A DNA stretch of 61,520 nt from a virus. Taxonomy: Duplodnaviria; Caudoviricetes. The notes below the pieces were generated by a model. The model did no database searches and was not told where the DNA came from. It saw nothing but the letters and a program-made list of their open reading frames with translations. Numbering within the stretch: the stretch's first letter is position 1; every line of letters begins with the position of its first letter. The stretch covers positions 1 through 61,520 of IMG/VR virus record IMGVR_UViG_3300036398_003753, one strand, 5' to 3'. Positions 54,351-61,520 of the stretch are shown here, one piece after another. The position numbers and the translations under genes are program-made.

Positions 54351-54809
54351 ATGCCACTCGTTTTAGCAGATCGTGTAAAAGAAAGCACTACCACCACTGG
54401 CACGGGAACAGTCACGCTTGCCGGAGCGGCGGCGGGGTTTCAAGCCTTTTCTGTCATCGGCAACGGCAACACCACGTACTACACCATCGTCGACACCGTG
54501 AACGGCACATGGGAAGTAGGCATCGGCACATACACTTTGTCTGGTACCACGCTGGCACGTAATACCGTGCTGGAGTCCTCAAACGCTGGGGCACTGGTCA
54601 ACTTTGCCGCAGGTAGCAAAGACGTGTTTGTGGCCTACCCGGCAGAGCGGGCAGTCATTGGTGGCATGGGGTATGTGGAGAACGCAGCCACGGTCAGCAT
54701 CAGCTCGACCATCAATGCAGGCAATAACGCCATGAGCGCAGGGCCTGTGACCATCAATTCCGGCGTCACTGTAACGGTGCCGTCCGGCTCCCGGTGGGTT
54801 GTAGTCTGA
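54351..54809 (+). CDS. Tail fibre-associated protein
   Basis: LADRVKESTTTTGTG; C-terminal AGPVTINSGVTVTVPSGSRWVVV. Confidence 0.7.
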   Translation: MPLVLADRVKESTTTTGTGTVTLAGAAAGFQAFSVIGNGNTTYYTIVDTVNGTWEVGIGTYTLSGTTLARNTVLESSNAGALVNFAAGSKDVFVAYPAERAVIGGMGYVENAATVSISSTINAGNNAMSAGPVTINSGVTVTVPSGSRWVVV

Positions 54810-54846
54810 TGTATTTACAGGCACAATCTGAACAAGGTGACATCCT

Positions 54847-55839
54847 ATGAGCACATACTCTCCAAGTCTTCGCATTCAACTCATCAATACCGGCGATCAG
54901 GCGGGTGTGTGGGGAAACACGACCAACGTAAACCTTGGCACGCTGATTGAGTCTGCTATTGCCGGGTACATCTCGGTATCGGTTACGACTGCCAATCAAG
55001 CGCTGACCGCCAACGACGGTACTCCTGACGAATCGCGCAACATGGTTTTGGCTCTGACCACGACCACCACCGCAGCCTTTGCGGTGTACGCACCTCCGGC
55101 GGAGAAGACCTACGTCGTCTACAACGCCAGCGCATACGCCGCCACGATCTACAACTCCACAATTTTGGGTAACACGACTGCGGCAGGACTTGGCGTGGCC
55201 ATTCCCGCAGGCAAGACCGTGACGGTTTGGTCTGACGGAACCAACTTCGCGTTTCAAAACGACCACCTGTCAGGTCTCACGCTTGCCTCTCCATTGGCCA
55301 CAACTTCTGGCGGCACGGGTGTCACAACTTCCACGGGCACCGGCAACAATGTTTTGTCTAACAGCCCCACCCTTGTCACTCCTGCCCTGGGAACGCCAGC
55401 AAGTGGCGTGATGACCAACGTAACAGGTCTGCCTTTGACTACGGGCGTGACAGGTATCTTGCCTGTCGCCAACGGCGGTACAGCGTCCTCCACGGCTGCC
55501 ACTGCAAAGGTTGCTTTGAATGTGATCTCTGCCACCACAGGCTCTTCGGTAATTCCTTCTGGTACACAGGCGGAGCGGGATGGCTCTCCCGCCGCGGGCT
55601 ACTTCCGGTTCAACACGGACACGGACAACTGGGAAGGCTATGACGGCACGGTGTGGCGGGCGGTTGGTGGCGGTGCCACAGGCGGCGGAGCGGATGAGAT
55701 TTTTGTGGAAAACGGCCAGAACGTGACTGTAAACTACACCATCCCATCAACGCGTAATGCCATGAGCACCGGGCCTATCACAGTGGACTCGGGCATCACG
55801 GTTACAGTTTCCAGCGGCTCACGCTGGGTTGTGTTATAG
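54847..55839 (+). CDS. Tail fibre protein (paralogue A)
   Basis: GVWGNTTNVNL anchor; GYFRFNT...EGYDG..W; C-terminal SGSRWVVL. Confidence 0.7.
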   Translation: MSTYSPSLRIQLINTGDQAGVWGNTTNVNLGTLIESAIAGYISVSVTTANQALTANDGTPDESRNMVLALTTTTTAAFAVYAPPAEKTYVVYNASAYAATIYNSTILGNTTAAGLGVAIPAGKTVTVWSDGTNFAFQNDHLSGLTLASPLATTSGGTGVTTSTGTGNNVLSNSPTLVTPALGTPASGVMTNVTGLPLTTGVTGILPVANGGTASSTAATAKVALNVISATTGSSVIPSGTQAERDGSPAAGYFRFNTDTDNWEGYDGTVWRAVGGGATGGGADEIFVENGQNVTVNYTIPSTRNAMSTGPITVDSGITVTVSSGSRWVVL

Positions 55840-55853
55840 GTCTAGGAGCGAAC

Positions 55854-56810
55854 ATGAGTTTAATTTTGAGCGGCACTGACGGCGTTGCGGACGTTGACGG
55901 CAGCGCAGCAACCCCTGCGATTCGTGGCACTGATGCCAACACAGGCATCTTTTTCCCTGCTGCTGACACCATTGCGTTTGCAGAGGGGGGTGCTGAAGTT
56001 GCAAGGTTTGATTCGTCTGGCAATCTGGGGATTGGGACGACTTCGCCAACAGATAACCTTGATGTGGTTGGCACTGAAACCGCGTCAAATGTGGGTGTAC
56101 TTGTAAGAAATCTTGCAACCACAAGCAATTCAAATGCAGTTTTTGGGCTACGTGGTAACAACAACACTGTGCGAGCCAATTTTCTTGTGGATGGTCTTGG
56201 CACTGTGTTTGGAACTGGATCAATTTTATACACAGAAACAAATCACCCTTTGCTATTTGGTACAAACAGCACAGAACGCGCCCGTATCGACTCCAGCGGT
56301 AACCTGCTGGTGGGGACGACGAGTTTTGGTGCTGCAGGGCGGGTGACGACTGAATCAGCTTCAGTAAACGGGAATTTTATATCCAACAACACGGCAGGCA
56401 GCGGAACAAGATACCACTGTGTTTTTTATGAAAACGGAACAGAGCGCGGGTCAATTACATCAAACGGCTCAACCACTTCCTATGTCACATCCTCTGACTA
56501 CCGACTGAAGGAAGATATCGCGCCTATGACCGGCGCACTGGCAAAGGTCACTGCACTCAAGCCGGTAACATACAAGTGGAAGTCTACTGGCGAGGCCGGC
56601 GAGGGGTTCATTGCTCACGAGCTTGCAGAGGTCTGTTCAGATGCTGTGATCGGCGAGAAAGATGCGGTTAATGAAGACGGCTCCATCAAATCCCAAGGAA
56701 TTGACACCTCGTTCCTTGTGGCGACCCTGACGGCGGCAATCCAAGAGCAGCAAGCTCTCATCACCGCTTTGACCGCCCGAGTTGAAGCACTGGAAGGAGC
56801 AAAACCATGA
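55854..56810 (+). CDS. Tail fibre/spike with intramolecular chaperone (peptidase S74) domain
   Basis: TSSDYRLKEDI...GFIAHEL...LTAAIQEQQ. Confidence 0.85.
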   Translation: MSLILSGTDGVADVDGSAATPAIRGTDANTGIFFPAADTIAFAEGGAEVARFDSSGNLGIGTTSPTDNLDVVGTETASNVGVLVRNLATTSNSNAVFGLRGNNNTVRANFLVDGLGTVFGTGSILYTETNHPLLFGTNSTERARIDSSGNLLVGTTSFGAAGRVTTESASVNGNFISNNTAGSGTRYHCVFYENGTERGSITSNGSTTSYVTSSDYRLKEDIAPMTGALAKVTALKPVTYKWKSTGEAGEGFIAHELAEVCSDAVIGEKDAVNEDGSIKSQGIDTSFLVATLTAAIQEQQALITALTARVEALEGAKP

Positions 56811-57373
56811 GCCAAGTAGCCTTATCCGGAAATGCCCTTGGCACTGGCACGTTCACCATCGCCAGCCCAAACAGCAACACCAACCGAACACTGGATTTGC
56901 CAGATGCAAGCGGGACTATCCTGACCACCGCAACGGCGGGTGTGCCGATTAACGGCCCTGCTTTTTTGGCAAACACCCCAGTAAACCGATCAGCCGCAAA
57001 CGGCACTCAAACGGAAATGACAGGGTTTAGCACGCCGACGTTTGATACGGCATCCTGTTTTAATGTGACAACGGGCAGGTTTACACCAAACGTCGCTGGG
57101 TACTATCAATTCAGTTGGAGCGTTAGTTTTGGTGCCAACGGTATTGGTGCCGCTACGCTCGTAGGCGGATCACTTGGCAAAAACGGGACCATTACTTGGC
57201 CTGCAGGGATAACAATGTCTAGCTCCGGGTTCCCCACGATTGGTTCGTCCACCGTCACTTTTATGAACGGCACCACAGATTATGTGTCTGTTTTTGCATT
57301 TCAGAACACGGGGTCCACAGTGTCCAACTTTTCGTCGTTTTTTGCTGGTGCATTAATTCGGAGCGCAACATGA
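56807..57373 (+). CDS. Tail fibre / receptor-binding protein, C1q-like C-terminus
   Basis: GPAF...RFTPNVAGYYQF...MNGTTDYV. Confidence 0.65.
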   Translation: MSQVALSGNALGTGTFTIASPNSNTNRTLDLPDASGTILTTATAGVPINGPAFLANTPVNRSAANGTQTEMTGFSTPTFDTASCFNVTTGRFTPNVAGYYQFSWSVSFGANGIGAATLVGGSLGKNGTITWPAGITMSSSGFPTIGSSTVTFMNGTTDYVSVFAFQNTGSTVSNFSSFFAGALIRSAT

Positions 57374-57531
57374 CCTTGTACGAAAAAATCAAAGCCCTGT
57401 ACCCTGAACTCACAGACCGTGATTTCTTGACCGTCATCCGCTTGCAAAACGATGCTGATAGCAATGGTGACTACATTGCTGACTGGTCGCACCCTCAGTT
57501 TGAACGTCCGACACAGGAGCAACTCGCATGA
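57370..57531 (+). CDS. XkdW-like small fibre partner, 53 aa (not in ORF track)
   Basis: MTLYEKIKALYPEL...LQNDADSNGDYIADWSHPQFERPTQEQLA; ATGA coupling. Confidence 0.7.
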   Translation: MTLYEKIKALYPELTDRDFLTVIRLQNDADSNGDYIADWSHPQFERPTQEQLA

Positions 57532-58622
57532 GCCAACTTAGCGTAAATACCATCACCAACGCCACTGGGGGTAACACCGCCCAGATTAACGGCATGACCC
57601 CTACAGCGGACAGCTTGCAGGGCTTTCGCAACCGCATCATCAACGGCGACATGCGGATTGACCAGAGGAATGCTGGGGCGAGTGTGACGCCTGCAAACTT
57701 TGATTATACCCTTGATCGTTGGCGTGCTGTGCAAACAAACGCATCAAGATTTTCGGTGCAACAAAACGCAGGTTCCGTAACCCCTCCGGCAGGTTTTACA
57801 AATTATTTGGGCGCAACGTCCCTGTCTGCTTATTCAGTTACATCCACTGATGTGTTTGCGCTTTATCAGCCAATTGAGGGTTTTAACTCTGCAGACTTAG
57901 GTTGGGGTGCTGCCGGAGCGCAAAGCGTAACGCTATCTTTTTGGGTGCGTAGTTCACTGACGGGTTCTTTTGGGGGCGTGTTGAAGAACAGTGCGGGTAA
58001 CAGAAACTACCCGTTTGCCTACGCAATTTCTGCGGCGAACACTTGGGAGCAAAAAACAATTACAGTTCCCGGCGACACAACAGGGACTTGGCTCACAAAC
58101 AACGGCATTGGTGTCAATGTGGCGTTCAGTATTGGAGCAGGCGCAACAAATAGTGCAACTGCAGGAGCTTGGGGAACAGCTGATGTTTGGCAGGCCACAG
58201 GCTCTGTCTCTGTAGTCGGCACGAACGGAGCCACCTTCTACGTCACAGGCGTCCAACTGGAAGCAGGCTCTGTCGCCACGCCGTTTGAGCGCAGGGACTA
58301 CGGGCGTGAGTTGATGATGTGTCAGCGGTATTATTACGAAAACCCATCAATTGCGGGGACAGGACTTGGCGCTAATACCATTGCCAGAGCAAATGGAGTG
58401 CATCCTGTGGAAATGAGAGTCGGACCAAGTGTTACCGTTTCAAACGCCGTTCAGTTTTTTAATGGGGGCGCGACAGTGACCTGTACTGGAGGGATTACAA
58501 ACTACAGCTCAACCAGAATGTTCAATGTTGATTTGGTAATTGGCGGGAGTGGTGCTTCAGGGTTCGCAACAATAATTGTGCAGCCCTCTACCGGGAAAAT
58601 CACTGTGAGTGCGGAGCTATAA
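57528..58622 (+). CDS. Tail fibre / receptor-binding protein
   Basis: FRNRIINGDMRIDQRNAG...GVQLEAGSVATPFE...CQRYY. Confidence 0.75.
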   Translation: MSQLSVNTITNATGGNTAQINGMTPTADSLQGFRNRIINGDMRIDQRNAGASVTPANFDYTLDRWRAVQTNASRFSVQQNAGSVTPPAGFTNYLGATSLSAYSVTSTDVFALYQPIEGFNSADLGWGAAGAQSVTLSFWVRSSLTGSFGGVLKNSAGNRNYPFAYAISAANTWEQKTITVPGDTTGTWLTNNGIGVNVAFSIGAGATNSATAGAWGTADVWQATGSVSVVGTNGATFYVTGVQLEAGSVATPFERRDYGRELMMCQRYYYENPSIAGTGLGANTIARANGVHPVEMRVGPSVTVSNAVQFFNGGATVTCTGGITNYSSTRMFNVDLVIGGSGASGFATIIVQPSTGKITVSAEL

Positions 58623-58623
58623 G

Positions 58624-58818
58624 ATGACTTACAAAATTGCAAAAAATTACTTTGGGCAAGAAGTGGGTGTTAACAAGCTTCAAGACAACGGCACAATTCT
58701 TGGCATCCCCTTCGACCCCGCCAACACGGATTACCAAGCCTATCTTGCATGGCTGGCCGAGGGCAACGAGCCTCTTCCCGCCGACGACCAAACAGGGCAA
58801 AATACCCCCAATTCTTAA
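58624..58818 (+). CDS. Small tail fibre partner protein
   Basis: IPFDPANTDYQAYLAWLAEGNEPLPAD. Confidence 0.7.
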   Translation: MTYKIAKNYFGQEVGVNKLQDNGTILGIPFDPANTDYQAYLAWLAEGNEPLPADDQTGQNTPNS

Positions 58819-58827
58819 GGATCGCCC

Positions 58828-60138
58828 ATGAGCACATACTCACCCAGTCTTCGGATTGAACTCATCACCACCGGCGATCAGGCTGGTGTATGGGGCACCA
58901 CGACCAACACAAACCTTGGCACGCTGATTGAGTCCGCGATTGCTGGGTACACCTCGGTGTCGATCACTTCAGCCAACCAAGCCTTGACGGCTTTAAACGG
59001 TGTGGCCGACCAGTCTCGCAACATGACGATTGCGCTGACGACTACCACTACCGCTGCCTTCAACGTCTACGCCCCTCCGGCTGAGAAGACCTACGTTATC
59101 CAGAACGCAAGCGCCTACACGGCCACCATCTACAACTCCACGGTTCTTGGTAACACGACTGCGGCAGGTACTGGAGTGGCTATCCCTGCGGGGCGGACGG
59201 TAACGGTTTGGTCGGACGGAACCAACTTTGCATTCCAAAATGATCATCTGTCCAGCTTGACGTTGGCCACTCCGCTGGCGGCAGCTTCTGGCGGTACAGG
59301 CCTCACGGCTTTGGGCACTGGCGTAGCGACATTCTTGGCAACACCCTCTTCTGCCAACTTGGCTGCAGCCGTCACGGGCGAAACCGGTTCAGGTGCGTTG
59401 GTGTTTGCGACCAGCCCCACACTTGTTACTCCTGCTTTGGGAACCCCTGCAAGTGGCGTAATGACCAACGTCACAGGCCTGCCTTTGAGTACGGGCGTAA
59501 CAGGCACCCTGCCTGTGGCCAACGGCGGTACAGGGGTTACAACATCCACGGGTACGGGCAGCACAGTGCTGTCGGCTTCACCTACGTTTACGGGTACGCC
59601 TGCGCTGCCTACGGGCACAACAGCGGTCACTCAGACGTTTGGCAACAGCAGCACAGCCTTGGCTACAACTGCATTTGTTCAAGCTGCATTGCAAGCTGCA
59701 TTGCAAGCTCTCTACCCCGTAGGCTCCATCTACATCAACGCAGGCGTAACAACTAACCCCGGTACTTTGCTTGGTTTTGGTACTTGGACAGCCTTTGGCG
59801 CTGGTCGGGTCATGGTGGGCTTAGACGGCAGCGATGCCTTGTTCGATGCGCTGGAGGAGACTGGTGGAAGTAAGGATTCTGTTGTTGTAAGTCATACGCA
59901 CACAGCAAACTCTACTGTTACTGATCCCGGTCACAACCATGCTATAGACTTTGGATCTTCCTTTGCAGGTAATGTTTTTGTCCAGCCTACAGTTAATAAC
60001 ATTTTTGCAAGCATCAACACAGGAACAGCAACTACTGGTGTCACGGTTGCCACAACCGTTAGCTCAGCTGGTGTCTCTGGCACCAACGCCAACCTGCAAC
60101 CCTACATCACTGTGGCGATGTGGAAGCGGACTGCGTAA
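58828..60138 (+). CDS. Tail fibre protein (paralogue B) with gp10/collar-like C-terminal domain
   Basis: N-terminus near-identical to 54847; LYPVGSIY...ETGGSK...NLQPYITVAMWKRTA. Confidence 0.75.
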   Translation: MSTYSPSLRIELITTGDQAGVWGTTTNTNLGTLIESAIAGYTSVSITSANQALTALNGVADQSRNMTIALTTTTTAAFNVYAPPAEKTYVIQNASAYTATIYNSTVLGNTTAAGTGVAIPAGRTVTVWSDGTNFAFQNDHLSSLTLATPLAAASGGTGLTALGTGVATFLATPSSANLAAAVTGETGSGALVFATSPTLVTPALGTPASGVMTNVTGLPLSTGVTGTLPVANGGTGVTTSTGTGSTVLSASPTFTGTPALPTGTTAVTQTFGNSSTALATTAFVQAALQAALQALYPVGSIYINAGVTTNPGTLLGFGTWTAFGAGRVMVGLDGSDALFDALEETGGSKDSVVVSHTHTANSTVTDPGHNHAIDFGSSFAGNVFVQPTVNNIFASINTGTATTGVTVATTVSSAGVSGTNANLQPYITVAMWKRTA

Positions 60139-60163
60139 CCCCGTGTTGTAGCAAGGAACCGGT

Positions 60164-60610
60164 ATGTTGGCCGAAATCGCGGCAGCGAATGCAGCCTTTG
60201 CAGTAATAAAAGGTGCACTGGCTAACGGCAAGGAGCTGCATCAGCTCGGCTCACGGGTCTTTGATTACTTCGACAACAAGGCAAAGATTCAAGAGAGCGC
60301 CAACAAGAAGGGTGGCGGCTCTGACCTTGAAGAGTTCATGGCGCTGGAACAGATGCGCCAACAGGAAGAAGAATTGCGCGAGCGCATGGTCTACGCTGGC
60401 CGTCCGGGCATGTGGACCGATTGGCAAAAGTTCCAAGCTGCTGCTGCCCGTAGACGCCGAGAGGCCAAAGAAGAAGCAGAGCGCGAAGCACAAAGACGCC
60501 AAGAAAGCCTTGCCCAACTTGTCGAATACATTGCTATCGGCATTGCTGCGGTGATCTTGGCCGCACTCATAACATACGGCATCATCTTGTACATGCTGCA
60601 CCTGCGATGA
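60164..60610 (+). CDS. Coiled-coil protein with C-terminal TM
   Basis: 148 aa; hydrophobic IAIGIAAVILAALITYGIILY. Confidence 0.7.
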   Translation: MLAEIAAANAAFAVIKGALANGKELHQLGSRVFDYFDNKAKIQESANKKGGGSDLEEFMALEQMRQQEEELRERMVYAGRPGMWTDWQKFQAAAARRRREAKEEAEREAQRRQESLAQLVEYIAIGIAAVILAALITYGIILYMLHLR

Positions 60611-61224
60611 GCGACGAAAAGCTGAACGCCAATTCAACACTCGACAAGGTGCTCGGGTATGTGGACTCGCCGTTTAAACTGTTTGCCATCCTTGTGATGG
60701 GCATTGTGGCCTTTACCGGGTACTTCCTGTGGGAGAACCAAGACTTCATGCGGGATGCCTACAAGGAGTCCCAGAAGCTGCCTGAGATCAACACCTCAAG
60801 AGCAGATGATGTAGGTTCGATGCTGATGAAGAAAACTGGGGCCACAGTTGTCGCGGTGTTCAAGGTCAACCCGTTATTCAACAGCCGGGTGCTGTACAGG
60901 GCATATACCAAGGACGGCAGGGACAAGAGCATTGAAGACATTGATGTGGGGCTGTTCAGCCAGAACGCATCCAACAATGCAGATGTTGTGCGACTGATGT
61001 CCAACGAACTTCCTTGCGGTGAGTACCGCTACGCGCAGTCTGAAGTCGGCCTGTGGTACTTGGAAAAGGGCGTAGCATACACCTGCCGGGTCAGCGTACC
61101 GCCAGACAGTTATCGGTTTGTTGGGCAGATTACCGTGGGCTGGACAGAGCCCCCGCAAGACCTCCAACAAGTAAAATTCATGCTGGAGATCGCCAGCGCC
61201 ATGCTAACCAAAAGAGGTAACTGA
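60607..61224 (+). CDS. Membrane protein with N-terminal TM (lysis region)
   Basis: TM LFAILVMGIVAFTGYFLW followed by a globular domain. Confidence 0.65.
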   Translation: MSDEKLNANSTLDKVLGYVDSPFKLFAILVMGIVAFTGYFLWENQDFMRDAYKESQKLPEINTSRADDVGSMLMKKTGATVVAVFKVNPLFNSRVLYRAYTKDGRDKSIEDIDVGLFSQNASNNADVVRLMSNELPCGEYRYAQSEVGLWYLEKGVAYTCRVSVPPDSYRFVGQITVGWTEPPQDLQQVKFMLEIASAMLTKRGN

Positions 61225-61520
61225 TGCTTTCACTTATTTCAACTCTTGGAGGTCTGTTGATCTCCGGCCTGCCCAAGTTGCTGGAATACTTCCAGAACAA
61301 AGCTGACCAGAAACACGAGCTGGCTCTGGCTCAGATGCAGACCGAGCGCGAACTTCAACTGGCTGCTGCTGGCTTTGCCGCGCAGGCCAAGATGGAAGAA
61401 ATCCGCACCGAGCAGGTGGCAATGCAGACCGAAGCGCAGATGACTGAAGCGGCGCTGGAGCATGACGCCAAGGTGCTGGATAAAGCCTCTGTATGGGTTT
61501 CCAACTACGTGGGCACAGTG
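61224..61520 (+). CDS. Holin-like protein, 3'-truncated (not in ORF track)
   Basis: TGATG coupling; MLSLISTLGGLLISGLPKLLEYFQNKADQKHELAL...ASVWVSNYVGTV runs off the window. Confidence 0.6.
   Translation, partial: MLSLISTLGGLLISGLPKLLEYFQNKADQKHELALAQMQTERELQLAAAGFAAQAKMEEIRTEQVAMQTEAQMTEAALEHDAKVLDKASVWVSNYVGTV

Noticed and set aside
59680-59709. 12-bp tandem duplication CAAGCTGCATTG (AALQAALQ)
   Set aside because: In-frame slippage in a linker helix; no evidence of function
54847-60138. Tail repeats as a diversity-generating retroelement or invertible shufflon
   Set aside because: No reverse transcriptase or invertase; repeats are direct, N-terminal and coding, with differences not confined to adenines
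1-61520. tRNA genes, stop-codon recoding, introns or inteins
   Set aside because: No cloverleaf seen by eye; core genes are full length under the standard code with all three stops used. A tRNA/Rfam scan is still needed to be certain

Overview
A nearly complete (~61.5 kb) tailed dsDNA phage genome. The window opens inside an endolysin and ends inside a holin-like gene, so probably only a short gap is missing. Modules in order: tail and internal virion (ejection) proteins (0.4-12.8 kb); replication genes, namely a PD-(D/E)XK exonuclease, SNF2 helicase, primase, UvrD-like helicase and Leu762 PolA (13.3-22.7 kb); a minus-strand block of small accessory genes including a Rap1a-like immunity protein, an RNAP alpha-CTD homologue and HTH proteins (22.7-29.1 kb); an AT-rich divergent region with 9-bp repeats; terS and a resolvase-like nuclease; an early-gene island built from repeated promoter-hairpin-RBS cassettes (30.8-34.4 kb); terL; two modular cargo-like genes with a shared C-terminal tag; portal, GroES, scaffold and major capsid; head-tail genes; a 20-aa repeat protein; and a duplicated tail-fibre cassette. 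No tape measure or sheath gene is evident, suggesting a podovirus-like particle. The replication module recalls aquatic Leu762 PolA/UvrD/SNF2 phages (inference). Most notable: (1) two perfect chromosomal-type parS sites (TGTTTCACGTGAAACA) with no phage parA, parB or integrase; (2) a recurring x-A-x-G-G motif at module boundaries in virion proteins, plus a shared A.GG.VER...D.RKYL tail on two genes between terL and portal; (3) a candidate pseudoknotted RNA leader after the capsid gene; (4) standardised early-gene expression cassettes. All protein family calls come from motif recognition by eye, not from database searches.
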